Assembly (NCBI GenBank): GCA_965658655.1
Contig: CBFHTA010000001.1
Span: 424,722-488,721 of the forward strand
DNA length: 64,000 nucleotides
Origin: Candidatus Babelota bacterium
Lineage (GTDB): Bacteria; Babelota; Babeliae; Babelales; CAIQNR01
Direction of reading: 5' to 3'
Positions 9,549 to 19,078 of the stretch are shown piece after piece. The position numbers and the translations under genes were made by a program. Position 1 is the stretch's first letter. Every line of letters begins with the position of its first letter. The notes beneath the pieces are model-generated. The model was not told the DNA's origin, did no database searches, and worked only from the letters and a program-made list of their open reading frames with translations.

Positions 9549-10259
9549 ATGACTCGAAGTGTGTTGGTTGTAAGTGCAGTATTGCTATTTTCTCTTCATG
9601 CAAATAAATATGATGAAGTCTATCACAAGGCTAATAAGGATCTTAAGGCAGGACAGTATCAAGATGCTCTTAAAGGATATGAGTCGTTAACGCCACAAGG
9701 TCCGGTTACGTATTACAACACAGGCATTGTGTTATATTATCTAAAACAATATGGTAAATCGATTGCAGCATGGAGTAAAGCAGAGCAACACGCTAGCCCG
9801 GGATTACTTAAAAAGATTCAATACAATAAGAGTAAAGTATATAAGGTGTTAAATAGTGAAGCTCCAGCATCGTGGAGGGTTACAGTCCTTATCGTGCAAT
9901 CGTACTTTTCTCTTTTTTTATTACAGGTATTTTTTTTAGCTGCATGGTTAGGATATTGTTTTGTTGGGTATATTCCCAATAAAATAATTCAAAAGTATCG
10001 TACCTTACTCTTATTAATGAGTGTAATATGTGGATGTTTACTTGGATGTAAATATTGGGTGCACGCTTGTAAACGTGCGGTAGTAATTACTCCTCAAGCT
10101 AAGATATTTACGGGACCCAACGTAGAATTTGACACTATCGCCGATGTAAAAGAAGGTGAGTTAGTGAGAGTGGTTCAAAAAGAAAATACATGGTATAAAA
10201 TTAACGATGGTAATGCCAATGGTTGGATCCAAAGTGTGAATATAGAAGAAATCAACTGA
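9549..10259 (+). CDS. batE: TPR + TM + SH3b protein, BatE-like
   Basis: N-terminal TPR, two TM segments, C-terminal SH3b (WYKI...GWIQ). Confidence 0.8.
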   Translation: MTRSVLVVSAVLLFSLHANKYDEVYHKANKDLKAGQYQDALKGYESLTPQGPVTYYNTGIVLYYLKQYGKSIAAWSKAEQHASPGLLKKIQYNKSKVYKVLNSEAPASWRVTVLIVQSYFSLFLLQVFFLAAWLGYCFVGYIPNKIIQKYRTLLLLMSVICGCLLGCKYWVHACKRAVVITPQAKIFTGPNVEFDTIADVKEGELVRVVQKENTWYKINDGNANGWIQSVNIEEIN

Positions 10260-10278
10260 AGCAAGGAGCAAGAGTAGT

Positions 10279-11205
10279 TTGAAAAAAGTAAAAAAAAATA
10301 CAAACATTGCCTTTTCCCATCCCTTGCTTATAGGTGCCTTTCTTTGTGTTCTTCTTCCTATTTGTTTATTAATTTTTGAATATAAGCAGATGAAGAAAGC
10401 AACTGATCGATTATTAGATCTTAAAGAAGATTATCGATCTTATTCTATGACGCTTAAGCGGCTTATCAGAGAACATTCTAGAGAATCACAAAGCATGTCT
10501 TTCGATGTAAAAAAAAAGTCCATAATCGGTGATGTTTTTTCGAGTGATAGAGTTAGAGAAGATTTTTCTGTGATTAATCGTGATCCTGATTATTTGCGTT
10601 CTTCTGCGCTTACCTTTGCAAAAGAACATCAACTGGATAAAATTCTTGCAAAAATGTTTGATACAGACGATTGGGATGATCTACCTCCTATAAAAACTTT
10701 TCCTGGTAAAAAGAAAAAGAAAAAGCGTGGGGCAACTGTTTCTGGTGTTCCTGCGTGGGCTCGTTTAAAAAGTGCACCACAGCGTCATCTTTATAAAGAT
10801 TTTTTATGTTCTTGGCCGCTTGATAAAGGAACGTTCTGGTTTAGTTCTCCTTTTGGTCCACGTAAGATAGGTAAAAATAAATGGAAATTTCATTATGGAG
10901 TTGATCTAGCGGCATCTCGAGGAACGCCTATTAAAGCGGTTGCTGCAGGTATTGTTATTCAGTCTGAGTTTCATAAAGGCTATGGTAATTGCATAACTAT
11001 TGTGCATAATCGTAAGTATAAAACCAGGTATGCTCATTTGCATACGCGTAAGGCAGTAGTTGGACAAAAAATAAAACGTGGAGGAGTCATTGGAACAGTA
11101 GGGGCAACCGGATTTGTTAAAAAAAGTGGAAAAGATGCTTCCCATCTCCATTTTGAAGTGTATGCTTTTGGGAGGCACATTAATCCAGTTTCTGTTCTTG
11201 TATAG
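10279..11205 (+). CDS. M23-family metallopeptidase with N-terminal membrane anchor
   Basis: SSPFGPR, HYGVDLA, TRYAHL, HLHFEV motifs. Confidence 0.92.
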   Translation: MKKVKKNTNIAFSHPLLIGAFLCVLLPICLLIFEYKQMKKATDRLLDLKEDYRSYSMTLKRLIREHSRESQSMSFDVKKKSIIGDVFSSDRVREDFSVINRDPDYLRSSALTFAKEHQLDKILAKMFDTDDWDDLPPIKTFPGKKKKKKRGATVSGVPAWARLKSAPQRHLYKDFLCSWPLDKGTFWFSSPFGPRKIGKNKWKFHYGVDLAASRGTPIKAVAAGIVIQSEFHKGYGNCITIVHNRKYKTRYAHLHTRKAVVGQKIKRGGVIGTVGATGFVKKSGKDASHLHFEVYAFGRHINPVSVLV

Positions 11206-11210
11206 GAGTT

Positions 11211-12122
11211 TTGATGTTACAGAAAATTAGAAATTTTATTACATGGTGGAATCGACCAAATAAATCAACTATCGCTGATTGGATTCAATCTTTGATTGTC
11301 ATTTTACCGATTGTGTTTGTTATTAGAACTTGGGGGTACGGTTTGTATCAAGTGCCAAGCGGGTCTATGGAAACTAATATGCTCGTGGGAGAAAGTTATT
11401 TTGCAGATAAATTCTCTTTCTTGATCTGGAAACCTCAGCGTGGGGATATAATTTCATTTGATCAACCTGATTATCCTTATTCAAAGGATGCTTTAAGAAA
11501 CTGGTTCGAGCATTATGCTATGATTATTGGTGGACCACAAAACTGGACCAAACGTGTGATTGCTATTCCAGGGGATCATATACAAGGAAAAATAGAGGAT
11601 GGTAAAACGGCTGTTTATTTAAATGGTAAAAAACTTGATGAACCTTATCTTAATAAATATCCGTTAGTTCCTACAACCATGAAATTGAGTGCAAGTGGTT
11701 GGAAATCATATGATAAAAAGTATTCATATAGTGATCAGCCCTTTTATTATATGAATGGTATGATTGTAAAAGCAGCTCAAAGAATGTGGGAGTCACAGGG
11801 ATTTCCAAAAGAACAAGTACCAGGCACACCGCTTGATGGAATTTTAAAAGGTTCAGATGTATACGATGTCCACCTTAAGGACGATGAGTATTGGGTGATG
11901 GGTGATAATCGCCTTGGTAGCTATGATTGCCGTGGTTGGGGGCATCCTCTTAAAGCAAGTTTTATTCGAGGAAAGATTGTATTCAGGATCTTTTCTATCG
12001 ATGTGCAGGGAGATTCAATTATTTGGGATCTTCTCACTCACCCAATTAGTTTTTGGAGTCGAGTAAGATGGTCTCGTTTCTTTACCATTATGAAACAAGG
12101 AAAAGGTTGGCAGAAACAATGA
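11211..12122 (+). CDS. lepB: Signal peptidase I
   Basis: VPSGSM (catalytic Ser), KRVIA.PGD (Lys), MGDNR..S.D.R. Confidence 0.93.
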   Translation: MMLQKIRNFITWWNRPNKSTIADWIQSLIVILPIVFVIRTWGYGLYQVPSGSMETNMLVGESYFADKFSFLIWKPQRGDIISFDQPDYPYSKDALRNWFEHYAMIIGGPQNWTKRVIAIPGDHIQGKIEDGKTAVYLNGKKLDEPYLNKYPLVPTTMKLSASGWKSYDKKYSYSDQPFYYMNGMIVKAAQRMWESQGFPKEQVPGTPLDGILKGSDVYDVHLKDDEYWVMGDNRLGSYDCRGWGHPLKASFIRGKIVFRIFSIDVQGDSIIWDLLTHPISFWSRVRWSRFFTIMKQGKGWQKQ

Positions 12123-12168
12123 TTTATGCTACATTTAAGCCCTGTGAAACTGTAATCCAAAAGAAAGG

Positions 12169-12648
12169 ATGACGATGCAAGCTAATGGGAAAACGTATAT
12201 AGCGAGTCTTTTGGCGGTTATTTTGTTGCTTCCAGGTTGTTTTGGTGGTTCTTCTAAAGAAGAAGTTGGTCCAAAAGTTATCAATGTATTGGATAAGCAG
12301 TTTTATGATGATGCGCATATTCCAGGTTCAATCAATATCTCTATAATGGATGTTGAAAAACGTGCAGAAAAGTGGCCAAAAGACACAGAAATTGTAGTCT
12401 ATTGTTCTAACTATAAGTGTACAGCCAGTGGTATGATTGCAAAAAAATTGAAAAATATGGGCTTCGAGAAAGTTTATGCCTATGAAGCAGGTATGGCTGG
12501 ATGGAAGCAAGCTGGTCTTCCAGTTGATGGACCAGCAACGGAGAAATATCTTACACAGCCTAACGAAAGATTTTCTGATCGTAAGGATGCTGATATAGAA
12601 GATATTTCTACGGAGAAGCTAAAAACGTTGCTTGATAAAGACAAGTAA
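12169..12648 (+). CDS. Rhodanese-like lipoprotein
   Basis: Lipobox LLPGC, HIPGSINI, VVYC active-site loop, GMAGW. Confidence 0.85.
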   Translation: MTMQANGKTYIASLLAVILLLPGCFGGSSKEEVGPKVINVLDKQFYDDAHIPGSINISIMDVEKRAEKWPKDTEIVVYCSNYKCTASGMIAKKLKNMGFEKVYAYEAGMAGWKQAGLPVDGPATEKYLTQPNERFSDRKDADIEDISTEKLKTLLDKDK

Positions 12649-12653
12649 CAAGC

Positions 12654-12727
12654 GGCGGCATAGCCAAGCGGTAAGGCAGGGGTCTGCAAAACCCTGATCC
12701 CCGGTTCGATTCCGGGTGCCGCCTCCA
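12654..12727 (+). tRNA. tRNA-Cys (GCA)
   Basis: Acceptor GGCGGCA/TGCCGCC, anticodon loop CTGCAAA, GTTCGAT T-loop, U discriminator, encoded CCA. Confidence 0.97.
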
Positions 12728-12742
12728 GATTGAAATTTTTGT

Positions 12743-12829
12743 GCCGAGGTGGCGGAATAGGTAGACGCAAAGGACTTAAAATCCTTCGGGCTTTAGCCTG
12801 TGCCGGTTCGAGTCCGGCCCTCGGTACCA
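12743..12829 (+). tRNA. tRNA-Leu (TAA)
   Basis: GCCGAGG/CCTCGGT acceptor, CTTAAAA anticodon loop, long variable arm, GTTCGAG, CCA. Confidence 0.97.
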
Positions 12830-12969
12830 GTCTTTAAAAAAATGAGTAGTAAAAAAAATAATTGTAACTTCATGTGTAACAGAAACGAATAATACTTATC
12901 CTAGGGGCATTTTTTATAATTAGACGGGACATAAAGTATAAAGATTTTATTTTCAAGCTTAATTTTAAG

Positions 12970-12997
12970 TTGACAAAAGTAAAAGAATGAATAGTTT
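12970..12997 (+). promoter_or_regulatory. Sigma70-like promoter of the HU gene
   Basis: TTGACA-N16-TAGTTT. Confidence 0.55.
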
Positions 12998-13067
12998 ACG
13001 ATCTTAGTACTAGTTAATGTTTGCCAAGGGAAAGGCATTTTTCATAAAGAACATTTAAGGAAATTCT

Positions 13068-13340
13068 ATGAACAAAGCAATGTTAGTAGAAAGCATGGCG
13101 AAAATCACCAAACTCCCAAAGGCAACTTGTAAAGAGTGTTTGGAGGCATTTGTAGACAGCGTTAGCGATGCGCTAAAAAAGAACAAAGCAGTTGTATTGA
13201 CAGGCTTTGGTACTTTCCAAGTCTTCAAACGCAAAAAAAGAATAGGTATTAACCCAGCTACTCATAAGAGAATGGAAATACCTAGCAAAAAAGTTCCTAA
13301 ATTCAGACCAGGTAAGGCTTTAAGAAACCTAGTTGGTTAA
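13068..13340 (+). CDS. hup: HU-family DNA-binding protein
   Basis: MNKAMLV...GFGTF...R.GINP.T...PKFRPGKAL. Confidence 0.95.
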   Translation: MNKAMLVESMAKITKLPKATCKECLEAFVDSVSDALKKNKAVVLTGFGTFQVFKRKKRIGINPATHKRMEIPSKKVPKFRPGKALRNLVG

Positions 13341-13357
13341 GAGTTTAGAGCTCAGAT

Positions 13358-13390
13358 AAAAGGGAGAGGCCTCAAGGTCTCTCTTTTTTT
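13358..13390 (+). terminator. Rho-independent terminator
   Basis: gggagaggcc-tcaa-ggtctctct hairpin followed by a T-tract. Confidence 0.8.
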
Positions 13391-13502
13391 TAGTCTATTT
13401 TCCTAACTGAGCAACTTTTTATTGCTATTACTTAAAGGAATTGATTAAGCTTAGACACAGTAAGATCGATTTAAAAAGATTAAGGGATAGGGAGAAAGAA
13501 AA

Positions 13503-13898
13503 ATGCTTACACAAGGATTAGAGCCTCAGCAACCTACGCTGATGGAAAATATAAAGAATTTAGATTTTCAGGGTGTTGTTGATAACTTTAAAGCAATGCA
13601 TATTAACTGGGTAGAAGTTGGTATGTTTGGTGCGATTGGGTTACTCAGTGGCTTTCTATTTAAAAAATACTTCCAATTATTTTTGGTATGCACCATTTTG
13701 GGTGTGGGTCTTATTGCAGGTCTTGACCATTTTGGCATGATCAATATCAACTGGCAGAATGTGCAAGGTGTGGTAGGGCATACTCCTGCGCAGAATGTTG
13801 ATACTATTTTTCATTCAATGCTTGCATGGGTAAAGATAAATGCAAGTTTAGTTGCGAGTTTTGGTGTTGGTTTCATAACTGGTTTTAAAGTAGGTTGA
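13503..13898 (+). CDS. FUN14-family membrane protein
   Basis: G.IGLLSGFLFKK..LFLV..GVGLI..L.HFGMININW and terminal GFITGFKVG pattern. Confidence 0.75.
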   Translation: MLTQGLEPQQPTLMENIKNLDFQGVVDNFKAMHINWVEVGMFGAIGLLSGFLFKKYFQLFLVCTILGVGLIAGLDHFGMININWQNVQGVVGHTPAQNVDTIFHSMLAWVKINASLVASFGVGFITGFKVG

Positions 13899-14437
13899 TC
13901 ACCATGTCACAGTCGTTTGAAGAAAAGCTCTGCGGTATTTTGGTTAAAAATGGACAGATTACTGCGCAAGAAGCTTTAGATTTACAAAAGGATTTTGTAG
14001 GCCGTTCTAAAGAAGCATTTGACGATTTTCTTCTTTCAGAAGAGATTATTCTTAAAGAAGATTTACTTCAAGCTCTTTCTGAATGTTACGAAGTTCCAGC
14101 TTTTAATACGGTAGGGCATTTTTTCAAGCGAGACTTGTTGGTGCAATTTCCCAAGGACTTTCTTCTGCGTCATGCCATTGTTCCTCTCGAGCGTGAGGGA
14201 AATGTCTTGGCAGTTATTGCAAGCGATCCAGATCATTCGGACTGTTTAGCTGAAATGGGCGAGTATGTTTCTGATGATATTCGTTTCTTTGTTGGTATTA
14301 AGCAGGACATTTTTGATGCGATCGAAGAATATTATGAAGAATCTCCTTTTAATTCAGAAGGCGAGATTGACCCTTACGAGGAAGAGCAAGAAGATATTGA
14401 TCTATTCGAGCAAGTTCTTGATGATGACGATAGATAG
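13895..14437 (+). CDS. Stand-alone GspE/PilB N-terminal (MshEN + N1) domain protein
   Basis: KLCGILVKNGQIT MshEN-like motif, ...LLQALS..Y..P..., IVPLE..G..LAVIASDP; acidic tail; no Walker A. Confidence 0.7.
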   Translation: MITMSQSFEEKLCGILVKNGQITAQEALDLQKDFVGRSKEAFDDFLLSEEIILKEDLLQALSECYEVPAFNTVGHFFKRDLLVQFPKDFLLRHAIVPLEREGNVLAVIASDPDHSDCLAEMGEYVSDDIRFFVGIKQDIFDAIEEYYEESPFNSEGEIDPYEEEQEDIDLFEQVLDDDDR

Positions 14438-14516
14438 AATTTTTGAAGATTTTCTTTTTTTCTGATACTATCCTCATAGAGTTGTCTTTGATTGTAAAAT
14501 AAATGAGGGATATAGC

Positions 14517-14888
14517 ATGATTAATAAGCATATGTACTTGCTTCTGGCGTTGGTGGTTTCTTTTGGTTCTTTGCATTCGCAGGCTCCAAAGAGTAAGAAA
14601 AGTTCTTATGTAGTACGTAAATCACAGCAACTAAAAGATTTTTTATATGATCAAAGAGAAGAAATAGTAGCGGTAACCGTGGGAGCAATAGCTTTATATG
14701 CTTATACTTCTTATGTTTTTGGTTCTTCCAAAAGTTTTGTAGGTCTTGATTCTTATCATGGCTCTGAGAATGCCCATTCTCATGATCATTCAAATACTAA
14801 AGCTCATCACCATCATCATCATGGTCATGGTTGCTCCGCTGGTTGTAATGGTCACCATCACAACCAATCGTTTTCATTTCGCTTATAA
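14517..14888 (+). CDS. Secreted/membrane His-rich hypothetical protein
   Basis: Signal peptide, TM segment, HHHHHHGHGCSAGCNGHHH. Confidence 0.7.
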   Translation: MINKHMYLLLALVVSFGSLHSQAPKSKKSSYVVRKSQQLKDFLYDQREEIVAVTVGAIALYAYTSYVFGSSKSFVGLDSYHGSENAHSHDHSNTKAHHHHHHGHGCSAGCNGHHHNQSFSFRL

Positions 14889-14981
14889 TAATCATTAAGG
14901 TCTAGATCGCACCATTTACACAATAGTAAAATTCTTTTTTTCTGATACAATTCCCTCTGTATTTAAGCTTATTAACACCAA

Positions 14982-15632
14982 ATGTTCATGAGGAGAATTA
15001 TGAATAAAAGAAGTTTCTTAGTTGTTGGTTTATTATTTTCGATGAATGGAGTTTATGCGGGACAAGTTGGTACTGCAGCAGATCTTGAATCTATGAAATC
15101 TATAGTAAATGATATTGCAGACGAAGCTGCTCGTAAATATGCAGAAAATATTGTGAATGAAATTCTATCTGGTAATGAATCAGCGATTGATTCTTCCTTT
15201 AGTTCTATTCCCAAACAGTTTCAAGGCGATAAAGAAAAGATCTTTAACTATGTTCTAGAAACTCTTGATGAAAGATCTAGTAATGAGCAACGAGACGTAT
15301 TTGCTCCTGCTATTGCCAAAAAAGCGCTTGTTGAATCTCATAAAGAAGCTATTCTCACTCCAAACCCGCTATTAACTAGATGGGAATGTGCCAAATCATG
15401 GGCATGGGATAATCGAGAGACCTTACAAGCTGTAGGTGTTTTAGCCTTAGTATTCATAGCAGGAAGAGTAACTGCTCCCGATAACAAATTTCCAACTGCA
15501 GCACAGAATGCAGCAGAAACGCGAACAACGCTTACTACTGGCGATAATTGTTTAAAAATAGATATTATCACAGCTATTAATGAGGTAAAAGAAGCTATTA
15601 TTGCTGCTCAGGATCCAGGAGGCAGTGTCTAA
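14982..15632 (+). CDS. Putative secreted hypothetical protein (start probably ATG 15000)
   Basis: AGGAG RBS, MNKRSFLVVGLLFSMNGVYA signal, C-terminal hydrophobic segment. Confidence 0.75.
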   Translation: MFMRRIMNKRSFLVVGLLFSMNGVYAGQVGTAADLESMKSIVNDIADEAARKYAENIVNEILSGNESAIDSSFSSIPKQFQGDKEKIFNYVLETLDERSSNEQRDVFAPAIAKKALVESHKEAILTPNPLLTRWECAKSWAWDNRETLQAVGVLALVFIAGRVTAPDNKFPTAAQNAAETRTTLTTGDNCLKIDIITAINEVKEAIIAAQDPGGSV

Positions 15633-15658
15633 TTCGTATTCTATAGATAATATATTTT

Positions 15659-15688
15659 AAAAAGGCTGTCTTTGTGGCAGCTTTTTTT
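15659..15688 (+). terminator. Rho-independent terminator
   Basis: aggctgtc-tttgt-ggcagctt hairpin plus T-tract. Confidence 0.7.
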
Positions 15689-15706
15689 ATATTTTAATTT
15701 TTAAAA

Positions 15707-16012
15707 TTGGGAGCTATCATGAAAAAATCTTTGTTATTGTTTAGTCTTGTGTGGGGTGGTGGAGTAATGACAAAGCAAACTCAAAAGGACGACACAACGT
15801 TTTTAGAACAGGTAGACCATATTACAGATACTCGTAAGGTACAAAAAGAGGGAAGAGCTAACGTTTCCGATGTACGAGTTGCGGTAGATATTGCGAGTGG
15901 TCGGTATGAAGAAGAGGCTGATAAACAGTGGTGGGATAAATATCCTCTTTCTTTTGGGACTCTTTGTTTTGTAGGTGGGCTGATTACTACACGTATTTTG
16001 AACTCTTTGTAA
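15707..16012 (+). CDS. Hypothetical protein with signal-like N-terminus and C-terminal TM (start probably ATG 15719)
   Basis: GGGAG RBS, MKKSLLLFSLVWG. Confidence 0.65.
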   Translation: MGAIMKKSLLLFSLVWGGGVMTKQTQKDDTTFLEQVDHITDTRKVQKEGRANVSDVRVAVDIASGRYEEEADKQWWDKYPLSFGTLCFVGGLITTRILNSL

Positions 16013-16056
16013 TCCCTGGTATACTCTTTTAATATAACTTCTAGAAGGGTGTATTC

Positions 16057-16782
16057 GTGTTGAAAATAAATAATCTCTCTGTTTCGATTGGCAACAAGAA
16101 GCTTATCAATAATGTTTCTCTGAGGCTCGATCCGGGAACAGTTCATGCTTGCATGGGTCCTAACGGTTCAGGTAAAAGTTCTCTAGCCTCTACCTTGATG
16201 GGTCATCCAAACTACACAGTTACTCAAGGATCGATCTATTTAAATGAAACAGATCTTACTAGTCTCTCAGTAGATAAACGAGCAAAAGCAGGCTTGTTTT
16301 TGAGTTTGCAGCAGCCTTACGAAATTCCTGGGGTTATTCTTAGCACATTTTTACGCGAATCTTTTTGTGCAATGTATCCCGATGCATCTTTAGACTTGTA
16401 TCTTGATCGTTTGGCAAATGCTTGCAATGTGCTGAAGTTCGAACGTTCTTTTCTTGATCGAGCGGTACACGAAGGCTTTTCTGGTGGAGAAAAAAAACGG
16501 TGCGAAATGTTACAGCTTTTGCTTCTTCAGCCAAAAGTGGTATTGCTAGATGAAATCGATTCTGGTCTTGATGTAGACGCGCTCAAGTTGGTAGCTGCAG
16601 GATTGCATGAATTCAAAAGGCAAAGCCCTAATTCTATTATATTTTTGATCACGCATTATCAACGTATTCTCGATTACATTACTCCCGATGTGGTGCACAT
16701 TTTGCAAGATGGTATTCTTAAGCAATCAGGTGATGCATCGTTGGTTAAACGAGTGGAGCGGTATGGCTACAAAGAACTTTGA
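16057..16782 (+). CDS. sufC: Fe-S cluster assembly ATPase SufC
   Basis: [38 protein letters not shown]. Confidence 0.97.
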   Translation: MLKINNLSVSIGNKKLINNVSLRLDPGTVHACMGPNGSGKSSLASTLMGHPNYTVTQGSIYLNETDLTSLSVDKRAKAGLFLSLQQPYEIPGVILSTFLRESFCAMYPDASLDLYLDRLANACNVLKFERSFLDRAVHEGFSGGEKKRCEMLQLLLLQPKVVLLDEIDSGLDVDALKLVAAGLHEFKRQSPNSIIFLITHYQRILDYITPDVVHILQDGILKQSGDASLVKRVERYGYKEL

Positions 16783-18100
16783 GGGTTTGAGCAAAGACGT
16801 TGTCGCTCGTATTTCAAAAGAAAAAAATGAACCACAATGGATGACAGACTTTCGTTTGCGATCACTCGAAATTTTTGAAAAAAAATCAATGCCACAATGG
16901 GGAGCAGATTTAAGTGAACTTAATCACGAGACAATTTGTTACTATTTAAACCCGGTAAAAAAACAATCAGATTCATGGGACACAGTTCCAGATTCTATTA
17001 AAAAAACATTCGAAGCTTTAGGAGTACCTCAAGCAGAGCGTTCTTTTTTGGCGGGGGTAGGAGCGCAATTTGAATCAGAAATTGTGTATCAAAATTTACA
17101 AAAAAAGTGGAAAGATCTTGGGGTTATTTTTTGTGACATAGAAACAGCTGTGCAAAAACATCCTGAGTTAGTACAAAAATACTTTGCCACCGTTATTCCT
17201 GCGCATGACAATAAATTTGCAGCTCTTAATTCTGCCGTCTGGAGCGGGGGAAGTTTTGTTTATGTTCCTGCAGGTGTGCGTATTGATATGCCCTTACAAG
17301 CATATTTTAGAATTGACGAAGAGCGTATGGGGCAATTTGAGCGAACACTTATTATTGCGGAACCAGGTAGTTATGTTCATTATGTGGAAGGGTGCAGTGC
17401 GCCGGTCTATCGATCAAGCTCTTTGCATAGTGCGGTAGTAGAGGTAGTTGCGTTAGAAGACGCACATGTACGGTATACTACCATTCAGAATTGGTCACAG
17501 AATGTGTATAACTTGGTGACAAAACGTTCTATTGCACATAAAAATGCAACGGTTGAGTGGGTTGATGGCAACTTTGGAAGCAAAGTAACCATGAAGTACC
17601 CGTGTATTGTATTAAAAGGTGAAGGAGCAAAAGGACAAATTATTTCTATTGCGGTTGCAGGAGAAGCGCAGCAACAAGATACTGGTGCAAAGATTATTCA
17701 TTTAGCATCTAATACAACTTCTAATGTTATTTCTAAGTCGATTAGCAAAAAGGGTGGCAGAACAAGTTATAGAGGATTGCTTAAAGTTGTTAAAGGCGCT
17801 AAAAACGTAAAAGCGCGGGTCCAGTGTGATGCTTTATTGCTTGATGACCAATCTCAAACAGATACGTATCCAACCGTTCAGGTACATGAGGAACGGACCG
17901 ACGTGGGGCATGAGGCATCGGTAAGTAAAATTAATGAAGAACAGTTATTCTATGCAATGAGCCGTGGATTATCTGAGCAACAAGCAAGAACCATGATTGT
18001 GAATGGTTTTATTGATGTGTTTGTGAAGGAGCTTCCTATGGAATATGCGGTTGAAATTAATCGTTTAATTGCACACGAAATGGAAGGTTCCATTGGATAA
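16763..18100 (+). CDS. sufB: Fe-S cluster assembly protein SufB (start likely ATG 16763)
   Basis: [46 protein letters not shown]. Confidence 0.97.
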   Translation: MATKNFEGLSKDVVARISKEKNEPQWMTDFRLRSLEIFEKKSMPQWGADLSELNHETICYYLNPVKKQSDSWDTVPDSIKKTFEALGVPQAERSFLAGVGAQFESEIVYQNLQKKWKDLGVIFCDIETAVQKHPELVQKYFATVIPAHDNKFAALNSAVWSGGSFVYVPAGVRIDMPLQAYFRIDEERMGQFERTLIIAEPGSYVHYVEGCSAPVYRSSSLHSAVVEVVALEDAHVRYTTIQNWSQNVYNLVTKRSIAHKNATVEWVDGNFGSKVTMKYPCIVLKGEGAKGQIISIAVAGEAQQQDTGAKIIHLASNTTSNVISKSISKKGGRTSYRGLLKVVKGAKNVKARVQCDALLLDDQSQTDTYPTVQVHEERTDVGHEASVSKINEEQLFYAMSRGLSEQQARTMIVNGFIDVFVKELPMEYAVEINRLIAHEMEGSIG

Positions 18101-18752
18101 ACAGTATTTGCCGAAATCTGGTTTTATAACTATTACTGTGCCTGCAAACAGAATGCTTGAATTACATGAGCCTAAAGATGGGGATGAACTTTCGGTAAAA
18201 ATTATCTTAAAACCTAATGCGCAGGTAGTGTATGTAACCGGTTCGTTAAAAAAGGTACAGTTAGAAGTAGTCCTGGCAGAGCGTGCACGGTTTGAACAAA
18301 CCTTTTCTGCTACGCAACAAGAGCAACGTAAACAAAGTTTTATTCTAGAGGGTAAGCAATCGTCTGTTCAGATGTTAGGCTCTTATCTATTACAGAAAGA
18401 AATGAGTACTTTTGATGTGCTACAACTGCATAAAGCACCACAAACTACCAGTTCTGTAGAAGTAAAAACAGTGCTCGATGGTACTGCACAGTTTGAATAT
18501 AAAGGTATGATTAAGATTGACCAATCAGCGCCTGGTTCAACCGCTCATCAAGAAAATAAAAACTTAATTATTAGTGATCAAGCAAAAGCTCTTTCTGTTC
18601 CAAGCTTAGAAGCTCTTAATAATGATGTGCAGTGTGGCCATGGAAGTGCTATTTCTTATATAGATCAAGATCATCTTTTTTATTTAGCTTCACGTGGTAT
18701 TGCACATGCTGCAGCAAAAAAGATGATCGTTAAAGGTTTTATTTATTTTTAA
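18093..18752 (+). CDS. sufD: Short SufD-like protein (likely TTG start at 18093)
   Basis: Beta-helix, [22 protein letters not shown]; follows sufB. Confidence 0.85.
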   Translation: MDKQYLPKSGFITITVPANRMLELHEPKDGDELSVKIILKPNAQVVYVTGSLKKVQLEVVLAERARFEQTFSATQQEQRKQSFILEGKQSSVQMLGSYLLQKEMSTFDVLQLHKAPQTTSSVEVKTVLDGTAQFEYKGMIKIDQSAPGSTAHQENKNLIISDQAKALSVPSLEALNNDVQCGHGSAISYIDQDHLFYLASRGIAHAAAKKMIVKGFIYF

Positions 18753-18981
18753 AGACCAGCGATCTCATTTTCTGTATGGCTTTATTCAGAAGCTTATTAG
18801 CTTTAATTGTTTCTAGAACCCATTTCCTCTCTTTTCTTTTTGTTAACGGTTTTGTGCTTCGTGCAAGTAGATTACCGTAGATTTTTCATGAATGTATAAC
18901 ACGACATAAAGGTATTTATAAGATCGTTAGTCTATTTTGAGCATAAATGAGTGTTAAGCTTAATCAGAACATAAGAGGCAA

Positions 18982-19009
18982 TTGACAAATAAGCTGTAAG
19001 GATTATCAT
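18982..19009 (+). promoter_or_regulatory. Sigma70-like promoter of sufS
   Basis: TTGACA-N16-TATCAT. Confidence 0.6.
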
Positions 19010-19078
19010 TAATAGTATGAATAGGAAGTAAAAATGAGCGTTTATTAAAAGAGGCGTTATCTTACCCTGGAGGCTTGA

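Noticed and set aside
10509..10532. A9G run (A AAA AAG slippery site) in the M23 gene with a nearby -1 stop
   Set aside because: The gene is intact in frame, A-runs are common here, and I saw no clear stimulatory structure
12480..12770. 96-aa minus-strand ORF
   Set aside because: Antisense to tRNA-Cys and the rhodanese gene
12654..12900. tRNA pair as a genomic-island insertion site
   Set aside because: I found no duplicated tRNA 3' end or mobility gene, and the flanking genes are core
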